Part shown: in pieces, positions 28,401-42,460 of the stretch | Numbering within the stretch: position 1 is the first letter of the stretch | Layout: each line of letters opens with the position of its first letter | NCBI GenBank assembly: GCA_046563655.1 | Contig: CM102286.1 | Location: 11,222,001 to 11,286,000, forward strand | Reading direction: 5' to 3' | Length of the DNA: 64,000 nt | From: Yuukianura sp. NJ FZ-2021 | Taxonomy: Eukaryota | The notes under the pieces: model-generated | What the model was told of the DNA's origin: nothing | What the model saw: only the letters and a program-made list of their open reading frames with translations | Databases searched by the model: none | Position numbers and translations under genes: made by a program

Positions 28401-31400
28401 GTGCACAACTATTTATAGATATGACAACAGTGGCCCTGAAAAGTTACGTCTCAGTTGTGGCTGAATTACATTACCTTGACCTGGATCTGGAAGAGCGTCC
28501 TCCATGCCGCTTAGATCCAGCATATTCGTGTTCGCATTATTAAGTTAAAACTACACAACTATTCTAGATATGACCACAATGGCCCTGAAATGTTACGTCT
28601 CAGATGCAGCTGAAATTCATTACCTTGACCTGGATCTGGAAGTACGTCCTCCATGCCGCTGAGATCCAGCATATTCATGTTCGCATTATTAAGTTAAAAC
28701 TACAGAACTATTTATAGATATGACCACAATGGCCCTGAAAAGTTACGTCTCAGTTGCAGGTGAAATACATTACCTTGACCTGGATCTGGAAGAGCGTCCT
28801 CCATGCCGCTTAGATCCAGCATATTCATGTTCGCATTATTAAGTTAAAACTACACAACTATGTCTACATATGACCACAATGGCCCTGAAAAGTTACGTCT
28901 CAGTTGTGGCTGAAATACATTACCTTGACCTGGATCTGGAAGAGCGTCCTCCATGCCGCTTAGATCCAGCATATTCATGTTCGCATTATTAAGTTAAAAC
29001 TACACAACTATGTCTACATATGACCACAATGGCCCTGAAAAGTTACGTCTCAGTTGTGGCTGAAATACATTACCTTGACCTGGATCTGGAAGAGCGTCCT
29101 CCATGCCGCTTAGATCCAGCATATTCATGTTCGCATTATTAAGTTAAAACTACACAACTATGTCTAGATATGACCACAATGGCCCTGAAAAGTTACGTCT
29201 CAGATGCAGCTGAAATTCATTACCTTGACCTGGATCTGGAAGTACGTCCTCCATGCCGCTGAGATCCAGCATATTCATGTTCGCATTATTAAGTTAAAAC
29301 TACAGAACTATTTATAGATATGACCACAATGGCCCTGAAAAGTTACCTCTCAGATGTAGCTGAAATTCATTACCTTGACCTGGATCTGGAAGTACGTCCT
29401 CCATGCCGCTGAGATCCAGCATATTCATGTTCGCATTATTAAGTTAAAACTACACAACTATGTCTACATATGACCACAATGGCCCTGAAAAGTTACGTCT
29501 CAGTTGTGGCTGAAATACATTACCTTGACCTGGATCTGGAAGAGCGTCCTCCATGCCGCTTAGATCCAGCATATTCATGTTCGCATTATTAAGTTAAAAC
29601 TCCATTAACATATGACCACAATGGCCCTGAAAAGTTACGTCTCAGTTGCAGCTGAAATACATTACCTTGACCTGGATCTGGAAGAGCGTCCTCCATGCCG
29701 CTTAGATCCAGCATATTCATGTTCGCATTTTTAAGTTACACCTGCACAACTATTTATAGATATGACCACAATAGCCCTGAAAAGTTACGTCTCAGTTGCA
29801 GCTGAAATACATTACCTTGACCTGGATCTGGAAGAGCGTCCTCCATGCCGCTTAGATCCAGCATATTCATGTTCGCATTATTAAGTTAAAACTACACAAC
29901 TATTTGTAGATATGACCACAATGGCCCTGAAAAGTTACGTCTCAGTTGTGGCTGAAATACATTACCTTGACCTGGATCTGGAAGAGCGTCCTCCATGCCG
30001 CTTAGATCCAGCATATTCATGTTCGCATTATTAAGTTAAAACTACACAACTATGTCTAGATATGACCACAATGGCCCTGAAAAGTTACGTCTCAGATGCA
30101 GCTGAAATTCATTACCTTGACCTGGATCTGGAAGTACGTCCTCCATGCCGCTGAGATCCAGCATATTCATGTTCGCATTATTAAGTTAAAACTACACAAC
30201 TATGTCTAGATATGACCACAATGGCCCTGAAAAGTTACGTCTCAGATGCAGCTGAAATTCATTACCTTGACCTGGATCTGGAAGTACGTCCTCCATGCCG
30301 CTGAGATCCAGCATATTCATGTTCGCATTATTAAGTTAAAACTACAGAACTATTTATAGATATGACCACAATGGCCCTGAAAAGTTACGTCTCAGTTGCA
30401 GGTGAAATACATTACCTTGACCTGGATCTGGAAGAGCGTCCTCCATGCCGCTTAGATCCAGCATATTCATGTTCGCATTATTAAGTTAAAACTACACAAC
30501 TATGTCTACATATGACCACAATGGCCCTGAAAAGTTACGTCTCAGTTGTGGCTGAAATACATTACCTTGACCTGGATCTGGAAGAGCGTCCTCCATGCCG
30601 CTTAGATCCAGCATATTCATGTTCGCATTATTAAGTTAAAACTCCATTAACCATGTCCACAATGGCCCTGAAAAGTTACGTCTCAGTTGCAGCTGAAATA
30701 CATTACCTTGACCTGGATCTGGAAGAGCGTCCTCCATGCCGCTTAGATCCAGCATATTCATGTTCGCATTTTTAAGTTACACCTGCACAACTATTTATAA
30801 TATGACCACAATGGCCCTGAAAAGTTACGTCTCAGTTGCAGCTGAAATACATTACCTTGACCTGGATCTGGAAGAGCGTCCTCCATGCCGCTTAGATCCA
30901 GCATATTCATGTTCGCATTATTAAGTTAAAACTACACAACTATTTGTAGATATGACCACAATGGCCCTGAAAAGTTACGTCTCAGTTGTGGCTGAAATAC
31001 ATTACCTTGACCTGGATCTGGAAGAGCGTCCTCCATGCCGCTTAGATCCAGCATATTCATGTTCGCATTTTTAAGCTACACGTGCACAACTATTTATAGA
31101 TATGACAACAGTGGCCCTGAAAAGTTACGTCTCAGTTGTGGCTGAATTACATTACCTTGACCTGGATCTGGAAGAGCGTCCTCCATGCCGCTTAGATCCA
31201 GCATATTCGTGTTCGCATTATTAAGTTAAAACTACACAACTATTCTAGATATGACCACAATGGCCCTGAAAAGTTACGTCTCAGATGCAGCTGAAATTCA
31301 TTACCTTGACCTGGATCTGGAAGTACGTCCTCCATGCCGCTGAGATCCAGCATATTCATGTTCGCATTATTAAGTTAAAACTACAGAACTATTTATAGAT

Positions 31401-34400
31401 ATGACCACAATGGCCCTGAAAAGTTACGTCTCAGTTGCAGGTGAAATACATTACCTTGACCTGGATCTGGAAGAGCGTCCTCCATGCCGCTTAGATCCAG
31501 CATATTCATGTTCGCATTATTAAGTTAAAACTACACAACTATGTCTACATATGACCACAATGGCCCTGAAAAGTTACGTCTCAGTTGTGGCTGAAATACA
31601 TTACCTTGACCTGGATCTGGAAGAGCGTCCTCCATGCCGCTTAGTTCCAGCATATTCATGTTCGCATTATTAAGTTAAAACTACACAACTATGTCTAGAT
31701 ATGACCACAATGGCCCTGAAAAGTTACGTCTCAGATGCAGCTGAAATTCATTACCTTGACCTGGATCTGGAAGTACGTCCTCCATGCCGCTGAGATCCAG
31801 CATATTCATGTTCGCATTATTAAGTTAAAACTACAGAACTATTTATAGATATGACCACAATGGCCCTGAAAAGTTACGTCTCAGTTGCAGGTGAAATACA
31901 TTACCTTGACCTGGATCTGGAAGAGCGTCCTCCATGCCGCTTAGATCCAGCATATTCATGTTCGCATTATTAAGTTAAAACTACACAACTATGTCTACAT
32001 ATGACCACAATGGCCCTGAAAAGTTACGTCTCAGTTGTAGCTGAAATACATTACCTTGACCTGGATCTGGAAGAGCGTCCTCCATGCCGCTTAGTTCCAG
32101 CATATTCATGTTCGCATTATTAAGTTAAAACTACACAACTATGTCTAGATATGACCACAACGGCCCTGAAAAGTTACGTCTCAGATGTAGCTGAAATTCA
32201 TTACCTTGACGTGGATCTGGAAGTACGTCCTCCATGCCGCTGAGATCCAGCATATTCATGTTCGCATTATTAAGTTAAAACTACACAACTATGTCTACAT
32301 ATGACCACAATGGCCCTGAAAAGTTACGTCTCAGTTGTGGCTGAAATACATTACCTTGACCTGGATCTGGAAGAGCGTCCTCCATGCCGCTTAGATCCAG
32401 CATATTCATGTTCGCATTATTAAGTTAAAACTCCATTAACTATGTCATGACCACAATGGCCCTGAAAAGTTACGTCTCAGTTGCAGCTGAAATACATTAC
32501 CTTGACCTGGATCTGGAAGAGCGTCCTCCATGCCGCTTAGATCCAGCATATTCATGTTCGCATTTTTAAGTTACACCTGCACAACTATTTATAATATGAC
32601 CACAATGGCCCTGAAAAGTTACGTCTCAGTTGCAGCTGAAATACATTACCTTGACCTGGATCTGGAAGAGCGTCCTCCATGCCGCTTAGATCCAGCATAT
32701 TCATGTTCGCATTATTAAGTTAAAACTACACAACTATTTGTAGATATGACCACAATGGCCCTGAAAAGTTACGTCTCAGTTGTGGCTGAAATACATTACC
32801 TTGACCTGGATCTGGAAGAGCGTCCTCCATGCCGCTTAGATCCAGCATATTCATGTTCGCATTTTTAAGCTACACGTGCACAACTATTTACAATATGACC
32901 ACAATGGCCTTGAAAAGTTACGTCTCAGTTGCAGCTGAAATACATTACCTTGACCTGGATCTGGAAGAGCGTCCTCCATGCCGCTTAGATCCAGCATATT
33001 CATGTTCGCATTTTGAAGTTACACCTGCACAACTATTTATAGATATGACAACAGTGGCCCTGAAAAGTTACGTCTCAGTTGTGGCTGAATTACATTACCT
33101 TGACCTGGATCTGGAAGAGCGTCCTCCATGCCGCTTAGATCCAGCATATTCGTGTTCGCATTATTAAGTTAAAACTACACAACTATGTCTAGATATGACC
33201 ACAATGGCCCTGAAAAGTTACGTCTCAGATGCAGCTGAAATTCATTACCTTGACCTGGATCTGGAAGTACGTCCTCCATGCCGCTGAGATCCAGCATATT
33301 CATGTTCGCATTATTAAGTTAAAACTACAGAACTATTTATAGATATGACCACAATGGCCCTGAAAAGTTACGTCTCAGTTGCAGGTGAAATACATTACCT
33401 TGACCTGGATCTGGAAGAGCGTCCTCCATGCCGCTTAGATCCAGCATATTCATGTTCGCATTATTAAGTTAAAACTACACAACTATGTCTAGATATGACC
33501 ACAATGGCCCTGAAAAGTTACGTCTCAGATGTAGCTGAAATTCATTACCTTGACCTGGATCTGGAAGTACGTCCTCCATGCCGCTGAGATCCAGCATATT
33601 CATGTTCGCATTATTAAGTTAAAGCTACACAACTATGTCTAGATATGACCACAATGGCCCTGAAAAGTTACGTCTCAGATGCAGCTGAAATTCATTACCT
33701 TGACCTGGATCTGGAAGTACGTCCTCCATGCTGCTGAGATCCAGCATATTCATGTTCGCATTATTAAGTTAAAACTACAGAACTATTTATAGATATGACC
33801 ACAATGGCCCTGAAAAGTTACGTCTCAGTTGCAGCTGAAATACATTACCTTGACCTGGATCTGGAAGAGCGTCCTCCATGCCGCTTAGATCCAGCATATT
33901 CATGTTCGCATTATTAAGTTAAAACTACACAACTATTTGTAGATATGACCACAATGGCCCTGAAAAGTTACGTCTCAGTTGTGGCTGAAATACATTACCT
34001 TGACCTGGATCTGGAAAAGCGTCCTCCATGCCGCTTAGATCCAGCATATTCATGTTCGCATTTTTAAGCTACACGTGCACAACTATTTACAATATGACCA
34101 CAATGGCCTTGAAAAGTTACGTCTCAGTTGTGGCTGAAATACATTACCTTGACCTGGATCTGGAAGAGCGTCCTCCATGCCGCTTAGATCCAGCATATTC
34201 ATGTTCGCATTTTTAAGCTACATGTGCACAACTATTTACAATATGACCACAATGGCCTTGAAAAGTTACGTCTCAGTTGCAGCTGAAATACATTACCTTG
34301 ACCTGGATCTGGAAGAGCGTCCTCCATGCCGCTTAGATCCAGCATATTCATGTTCGCATTTTGAAGTTACACCTGCACAACTATTTATAGATATGACCAC

Positions 34401-37400
34401 AATGGCCCTGAAAAGTTACGTCTCAGTTGTGGCTGAATTACATTACCTTGACCTGGATCTGGAAGAGCGTCCTCCATGCCGCTTAGATCCAGCATATTCG
34501 TGTTCGCATTATTAAGTTAAAACTACACAACTATGTCTAGATATGACCACAATGGCCCTGAAAAGTTACGTCTCAGATGCAGCTGAAATTCATTACCTTG
34601 ACCTGGATCTGGAAGTACGTCCTCCATGCCGCTGAGATCCAGCATATTCATGTTCGCATTATTAAGTTAAAACTACAGAACTATTTATAGATATGACCAC
34701 AATGGCCCTGAAAAGTTACGTCTCAGTTGCAGGTGAAATACATTACCTTGACCTGGATCTGGAAGAGCGTCCTCCATGCCGCTTAGATCCAGCATATTCA
34801 TGTTCGCATTATTAAGTTAAAACTACACAACTATGTCTACATATGACCACAATGGCCCTGAAAAGTTACGTCTCAGTTGTGGCTGAAATACATTACCTTG
34901 ACCTGGATCTGGAAGAGCGTCCTCCATGCTGCTTAGTTCCAGCATATTCATGTTTGCATTATTAAGTTAAAACTACACAACTATGTCTAGATATGACCAC
35001 AATGGCCCTGAAAAGTTACGTCTCAGATGTAGCTGAAATTCATTACCTTGACCTGGATCTGGAAGTACGTCCTCCATGCCGCTGAGATCCAGCATATTCA
35101 TGTTCGCATTATTAAGTTAAAGCTACACAACTATGTCTACATATGACCACAATGGCCCTGAAAAGTTACGTCTCAGTTGTGGCTGAAATTACATTACCTT
35201 GACCTGGATCTGGAAGAGCGTCCTCCATGCCGCTTAGATCCAGCATATTCGTGTTCGCATTATTAAGTTAAAACTACACAACTATGTCTAGATATGACCA
35301 CAATGGCCCTGAAAAGTTACGTCTCAGATGCAGCTGAAATTCATTACCTTGACCTGGATCTGGAAGTACGTCCTCCATGCTGCTGAGATCCAGCATATTC
35401 ATGTTCGCATTATTAAGTTAAAACTACAGAACTATTTATAGATATGACCACAATGGCCCTGAAAAGTTACGTCTCAGTTGCAGCTGAAATACATTACCTT
35501 GACCTGGATCTGGAAGAGCGTCCTCCATGCCGCTTAGATCCAGCATATTCATGTTCGCATTATTAAGTTAAAACTACACAACTATTTGTAGATATGACCA
35601 CAATGGCCCTGAAAAGTTACGTCTCAGTTGTGGCTGAAATACATTACCTTGACCTGGATCTGGAAAAGCGTCCTCCATGCCGCTTAGATCCAGCATATTC
35701 ATGTTCGCATTTTTAAGCTACACGTGCACAACTATTTACAATATGACCACAATGGCCTTGAAAAGTTACGTCTCAGTTGCAGCTGAAATACATTACCTTG
35801 ACCTGGATCTGGAAGAGCGTCCTCCATGCCGCTTAGATCCAGCATATTCATGTTCGCATTTTGAAGTTACACCTGCACAACTATTTATAGATATGACAAC
35901 AATGGCCCTGAAAAGTTACGTCTCAGTTGTGGCTGAAATTACATTACCTTGACCTGGATCTGGAAGAGCGTCCTCCATGCCGCTTAGATCCAGCATATTC
36001 GTGTTCGCATTATTAAGTTAAAACTACACAACTATGTCTAGATATGACCACAATGGCCCTGAAAAGTTACGTCTCAGATGCAGCTGAAATTCATTACCTT
36101 GACCTGGATCTGGAAGTACGTCCTCCATGCCGCTGAGATCCAGCATATTCATGTTCGCATTATTAAGTTAAAACTACAGAACTATTTATAGATATGACCA
36201 CAATGGCCCTGAAAAGTTACGTCTCAGTTGCAGCTGAAATACATTACCTTGACCTGGATCTGGAAGAGCGTCCTCCATGCCGCTTAGATCCAGCATATTC
36301 ATGTTCGCATTATTAAGTTAAAACTACACAACTATGTCTACATATGACCACAATGGCCCTGAAAAGTTACGTCTCAGTTGTGGCTGAAATACATCACCTT
36401 GACCGGGATCTGGAAGAGCGTCCTCCATGCTGCTGAGATCCAGCATATTCATGTTTGCATTATTAAGTTAAAACTACACAACTATGTCTAGATATGACCA
36501 CAATGGCCCTGAAAAGTTACGTCTCAGTTGTAGCTGAAATTCATTACCTTGACCTGGATCTGGAAGTACGTCCTCCATGCCGCTGAGATCCAGCATATTC
36601 ATGTTCGCATTATTAAGTTAAAGCTACACAACTATGTCTACATATGACCACAATGGCCCTGAAAAGTTACGTCTCAGTTGTGGCTGAATTACATTACCTT
36701 GACCTGGATCTGGAAGAGCGTCCTCCATGCCGCTTAGATCCAGCATATTCGTGTTCGCATTATTAAGTTAAAACTACACAACTATGTCTAGATATGACCA
36801 CAATGGCCCTGAAAAGTTACGTCTCAGATGCAGCTGAAATTCATTACCTTGACCTGGATCTGGAAGTACGTCCTCCATGCTGCTGAGATCCAGCATATTC
36901 ATGTTCGCATTATTAAGTTAAAACTACAGAACTATTTATAGATATGACCACAATGGCCCTGAAAAGTTACGTCTCAGTTGCAGCTGAAATACATTACCTT
37001 GACCTGGATCTGGAAGAGCGTCCTCCATGCCGCTTAGATCCAGCATATTCATGTTCGCATTATTAAGTTAAAACTACACAACTATTTGTAGATATGACCA
37101 CAATGGCCCTGAAAAGTTACGTCTCAGTTGTGGCTGAAATACATTACCTTGACCTGGATCTGGAAAAGCGTCCTCCATGCCGCTTAGATCCAGCATATTC
37201 ATGTTCGCATTTTTAAGCTACACGTGCACAACTATTTACAATATGACCACAATGGCCTTGAAAAGTTACGTCTCAGTTGCAGCTGAAATACATTACCTTG
37301 ACCTGGATCTGGAAGAGCGTCCTCCATGCCGCTTTGATCCAGCATATTCATGTTCGCATTATTAAGTTAAAACTACAGAACTATTTATAGATATGACCAC

Positions 37401-40400
37401 AATGGCCCTGAAAAGTTACGTCTCAGTTGCAGGTGAAATACATTACCTTGACCTGGATCTGGAAGAGCGTCCTCCATGCCGCTTAGATCCAGCATATTCA
37501 TGTTCGCATTATTAAGTTAAAACTACACAACTATGTCTACATATGACCACAATGGCCCTGAAAAGTTACGTCTCAGTTGTGGCTGAAATACATTACCTTG
37601 ACCTGGATCTGGAAGAGCGTCCTCCATGCCGCTTAGATCCAGCATATTCATGTTCGCATTATTAAGTTAAAACTACACAACTATGTCTACATATGACCAC
37701 AATGGCCCTGAAAAGTTACGTCTCAGTTGTGGCTGAAATACATTACCTTGACCTGGATCTGGAAGAGCGTCCTCCATGCCGCTTAGATCCAGCATATTCA
37801 TGTTCGCATTATTAAGTTAAAACTACACAACTATTTATAGATATGACCACAATGGCCCTGAAAAGTTACGTCTCAGTTGTAGCTGAAATACATTACCTTG
37901 ACCTGGATCTGGAAGTACGTCCTCCATGCCTCTGAGATCCAGCATATTCATGTTCGCATTATTAAGTCAAAACTACACAACTATTTTTACATATGACCAC
38001 AATGGCCCTGAAAAGTTACGTCTCAGTTGTGGCTGAAATACATCACCTTGACCGGGATCTGGAAGTACGTCCTCCATGCCGCTTAGATCCAGCATATTCA
38101 TGTTCGCATTATTAAGTTAAAACTACACAACTATTTGTAGATATGACCACAATGGCCCTGAAAAGTTACGTCTCAGTTGTGGCTGAAATACATTACCTTG
38201 ACCTGGATCTGGAAAAGCGTCCTCCATGCCGCTTAGATCCAGCATATTCATGTTCGCATTTTTAAGCTACACGTGCACAACTATTTACAATATGACCACA
38301 ATGGCCTTGAAAAGTTACGTCTCAGTTGCAGCTGAAATACATTACCTTGACCTGGATCTGGAAGAGCGTCCTCCATGCCGCTTTGATCCAGCATATTCGT
38401 GTTCGCATTATTAAGTTAAAACTACAGAACTATTTATAGATATGACCACAATGGCCCTGAAAAGTTACGTCTCAGTTGCAGCTGAAATACATTACCTTGA
38501 CCTGGATCTGGAAGAGCGTCCTCCATGCCGCTTAGATCCAGCATATTCATGTTCGCATTATTAAGTTAAAACTACACAACTATTTGTAGATATGACCACA
38601 ATGGCCCTGAAAAGTTACGTCTCAGTTGTGGCTGAAATACATTACCTTGACCTGGATCTGGAAAAGCGTCCTCCATGCCGCTTAGATCCAGCATATTCAT
38701 GTTCGCATTTTTAAGCTACACGTGCACAACTATTTACAATATGACCACAATGGCCTTGAAAAGTTACGTCTCAGTTGCAGCTGAAATACATTACCTTGAC
38801 CTGGATCTGGAAGAGCGTCCTCCATGCCGCTTTGATCCAGCATATTCGTGTTCGCATTATTAAGTTAAAACTACAGAACTATTTATAGATATGACCACAA
38901 TGGCCCTGAAAAGTTACGTCTCAGTTGCAGGTGAAATTCATTACCTTGACCTGGATCTGGAAGTACGTCCTCCATGCCGCTGAGATCCAGCATATTCATG
39001 TTCGCATTATTAAGTTAAAACTACACAACTATGTCTACATATGACCACAATGGCCCTGAAAAGTTACGTCTCAGTTGTGGCTGAAATACATTACCTTGAC
39101 CTGGATCTGGAAGAGCGTCCTCCATGCCGCTTAGATCCAGCATATTCATGTTCGCATTATTAAGTTAAAACTACACAACTATGTCTACATATGACCACAA
39201 TGGCCCTGAAAAGTTACGTCTCAGTTGTGGCTGAAATACATTACCTTGACCTGGATCTGGAAGAGCGTCCTCCATGCCGCTTAGTTCCAGCATATTCATG
39301 TTCGCATTATTAAGTTAAAACTACACAACTATGTCTAGATATGACCACAATGGCCCTGAAAAGTTACGTCTCAGATGTAGCTGAAATTCATTACCTTGAC
39401 CTGGATCTGGAAGTACGTCCTCCATGCCGCTGAGATCCAGCATATTCATGTTCGCATTATTAAGTTAAAACTACACAACTATGTCTACATATGACCACAA
39501 TGGCCCTGAAAAGTTACGTCTCAGTTGTGGCTGAAATTCATTACCTTGACCTGGATCTGGAAGTACGTCCTCCATGCCGCTTAGATCCAGCATATTCATG
39601 TTCGCATTATTAAGTTAAAACTACACAACTATTTGTAGATATGACCACAATGGCCCTGAAAAGTTACGTCTCAGTTGTGGCTGAAATACATTACCTTGAC
39701 CTGGATCTGGAAAAGCGTCCTCCATGCCGCTTAGATCCAGCATATTCATGTTCGCATTTTTAAGCTACACGTGCACAACTATTTACAATATGACCACAAT
39801 GGCCTTGAAAAGTTACGTCTCAGTTGCAGCTGAAATACATTACCTTGACCTGGATCTGGAAGAGCGTCCTCCATGCCGCTTTGATCCAGCATATTCGTGT
39901 TCGCATTATTAAGTTAAAACTACAGAACTATTTATAGATATGACCACAATGGCCCTGAAAAGTTACGTCTCAGTTGCAGGTGAAATACATTACCTTGACC
40001 TGGATCTGGAAGAGCGTCCTCCATGCCGCTTAGATCCAGCATATTCATGTTCGCATTATTAAGTTAAAACTACACAACTATGTCTACATATGACCACAAT
40101 GGCCCTGAAAAGTTACGTCTCAGTTGTGGCTGAAATACATTACCTTGACCTGGATCTGGAAGAGCGTCCTCCATGCCGCTTAGATCCAGCATATTCATGT
40201 TCGCATTATTAAGTTAAAACTACACAACTATGTCTACATATGACCACAATGGCCCTGAAAAGTTACGTCTCAGTTGTGGCTGAAATACATTACCTTGACC
40301 TGGATCTGGAAGAGCGTCCTCCATGCCGCTTAGTTCCAGCATATTCATGTTCGCATTATTAAGTTAAAACTACACAACTATGTCTAGATATGACCACAAT

Positions 40401-42391
40401 GGCCCTGAAAAGTTACGTCTCAGTTGTGGCTGAAATTCATTACCTTGACCTGGATCTGGAAGTACGTCCTCCATGCCGCTGAGATCCAGCATATTCATGT
40501 TCGCATTATTAAGTTAAAACTACACAACTATGTCTACATATGACCACAATGGCCCTGAAAAGTTACGTCTCAGATGTAGCTGAAATTCATTACCTTGACC
40601 TGGATCTGGAAGTACGTCCTCCATGCCGCTGAGATCCAGCATATTCATGTTCGCATTATTAAGTTAAAACTACACAACTATGTCTACATATGACCACAAT
40701 GGCCCTGAAAAGTTACGTCTCAGTTGTGGCTGAAATACATTACCTTGACCTGGATCTGGAAGAGCGTCCTCCATGCCGCTTAGATCCAGCATATTCATGT
40801 TCGCATTATTAAGTTAAAACTACACAACTATGTCTAGATATGACCACAATGGCCCTGAAAAGTTACGTCTCAGTTGTAGCTGAAATACATTACCTTGACC
40901 TGGATCTGGAAGTACGTCCTCCATGCCGCTGAGATCCAGCATATTCATGTTCGCATTATTAAGTCAAAACTACACAACTATTTTTACATATGACCACAAT
41001 GGCCCTGAAAAGTTACGTCTCAGTTGTGGCTGAAATACATCACCTTGACCTGGATCTGGAAGAGCGTCCTCCATGCCGCTTAGATCCAGCATATTCATGT
41101 TCGCATTATTAAGTTAAAACTCCATTAACCATGTCCACAATGGCCCTGAAAAGTTACGTCTCAGTTGCAGCTGAAATACATTACCTTGACCTGGATCTGG
41201 AAGAGCGTCCTCCATGCCGCTTAGATCCAGCATATTCATGTTCGCATTTTTAAGTTACACCTGCACAACTATTTATAATATGACCACAATGGCCCTGAAA
41301 AGTTACGTCTCAGTTGCAGCTGAAATACATTACCTTGACCTGGATCTGGAAGAGCGTCCTCCATGCCGCTTAGATCCAGCATATTCATGTTCGCATTATT
41401 AAGTTAAAACTACACAACTATTTGTAGATATGACCACAATGGCCCTGAAAAGTTACGTCTCAGTTGTGGCTGAAATACATTACCTTGACCTGGATCTGGA
41501 AAAGCGTCCTCCATGCCGCTTAGATCCAGCATATTCATGTTCGCATTTTTAAGCTACACGTGCACAACTATTTACAATATGACCACAATGGCCTTGAAAA
41601 GTTACGTCTCAGTTGCAGCTGAAATACATTACCTTGACCTGGATCTGGAAGAGCGTCCTCCATGCCGCTTAGATCCAGCATATTCATGTTCGCATTATTA
41701 AGTTAAAACTACACAACTATTTATAGATATGACCACAATGGCCCTGAAAAGTTACGTCTCAGTTGCAGGTGAAATACATTACCTTGACCTGGATCTGGAA
41801 GAGCGTCCTCCATGCCGCTTAGATCCAGCATATTCATGTTCGCATTATTAAGTTAAAACTACACAACTATGTCTTCATATGACCACAATGGCCCTGAAAA
41901 GTTACGTCTCAGTTGTGGCTGAAATACATTACCTTGACCTGGATCTGGAAGAGCGTCCTCCATGCCGCTTAGATCCAGCATATTCATGTTCGCATTATTA
42001 AGTTAAAACTACACAACTATGTCTACATATGACCACAATGGCCCTGAAAAGTTACGTCTCAGTTGTGGCTGAAATACATTACCTTGACCTGGATCTGGAA
42101 GAGCGTCCTCCATGCCGCTTAGTTCCAGCATATTCATGTTCGCATTATTAAGTTAAAACTACACAACTATGTCTAGATATGACCACAATGGCCCTGAAAA
42201 GTTACGTCTCAGATGCAGCTGAAATTCATTACCTTGACCTGGATCTGGAAGTACGTCCTCCATGCCGCTGAGATCCAGCATATTCATGTTCGCATTATTA
42301 AGTTAAAACTACACAACTGTGTCTACATATGACCACAATGGCCCTGAAAAGTTACGTCTCAGTTGTAACTGAAATACATTGCCTTGACCTG
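22482..42391. repeat. Tandem satellite DNA array, 150-bp monomer, about 133 copies, highly homogeneous, with 7-mer higher-order repeats
   Basis: Head-to-tail monomer accttgacctggatctggaagagcgtcctccatgccgcttagatccagcatattcatgttcgcattattaagttaaaactacacaactatttatagatatgaccacaatggccctgaaaagttacgtctcagttgcagctgaaatacatt. There are also 141-, 149- and 151-bp variants. The copy number is estimated from length. Confidence 0.99.
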
Positions 42392-42460
42392 AGTTCGAGT
42401 TTAGTCACGAAAACGACAAGACTTACTTTGTTTCACTCTCACACGTTTCACTCTCAGTTA

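Noticed and set aside
28055..41701. Repeated 62-112 aa ORFs (MPLRSSIFMF...) as a tandem gene family
   Set aside because: They arise only where a 1-bp deletion or stop-loss variant joins frames of adjacent monomers. They are by-products of the satellite.
22482..42391. CRISPR-like repeat-spacer array
   Set aside because: The whole 150-bp unit is repeated almost identically. There are no unique spacers and no cas genes, and the context is eukaryotic.
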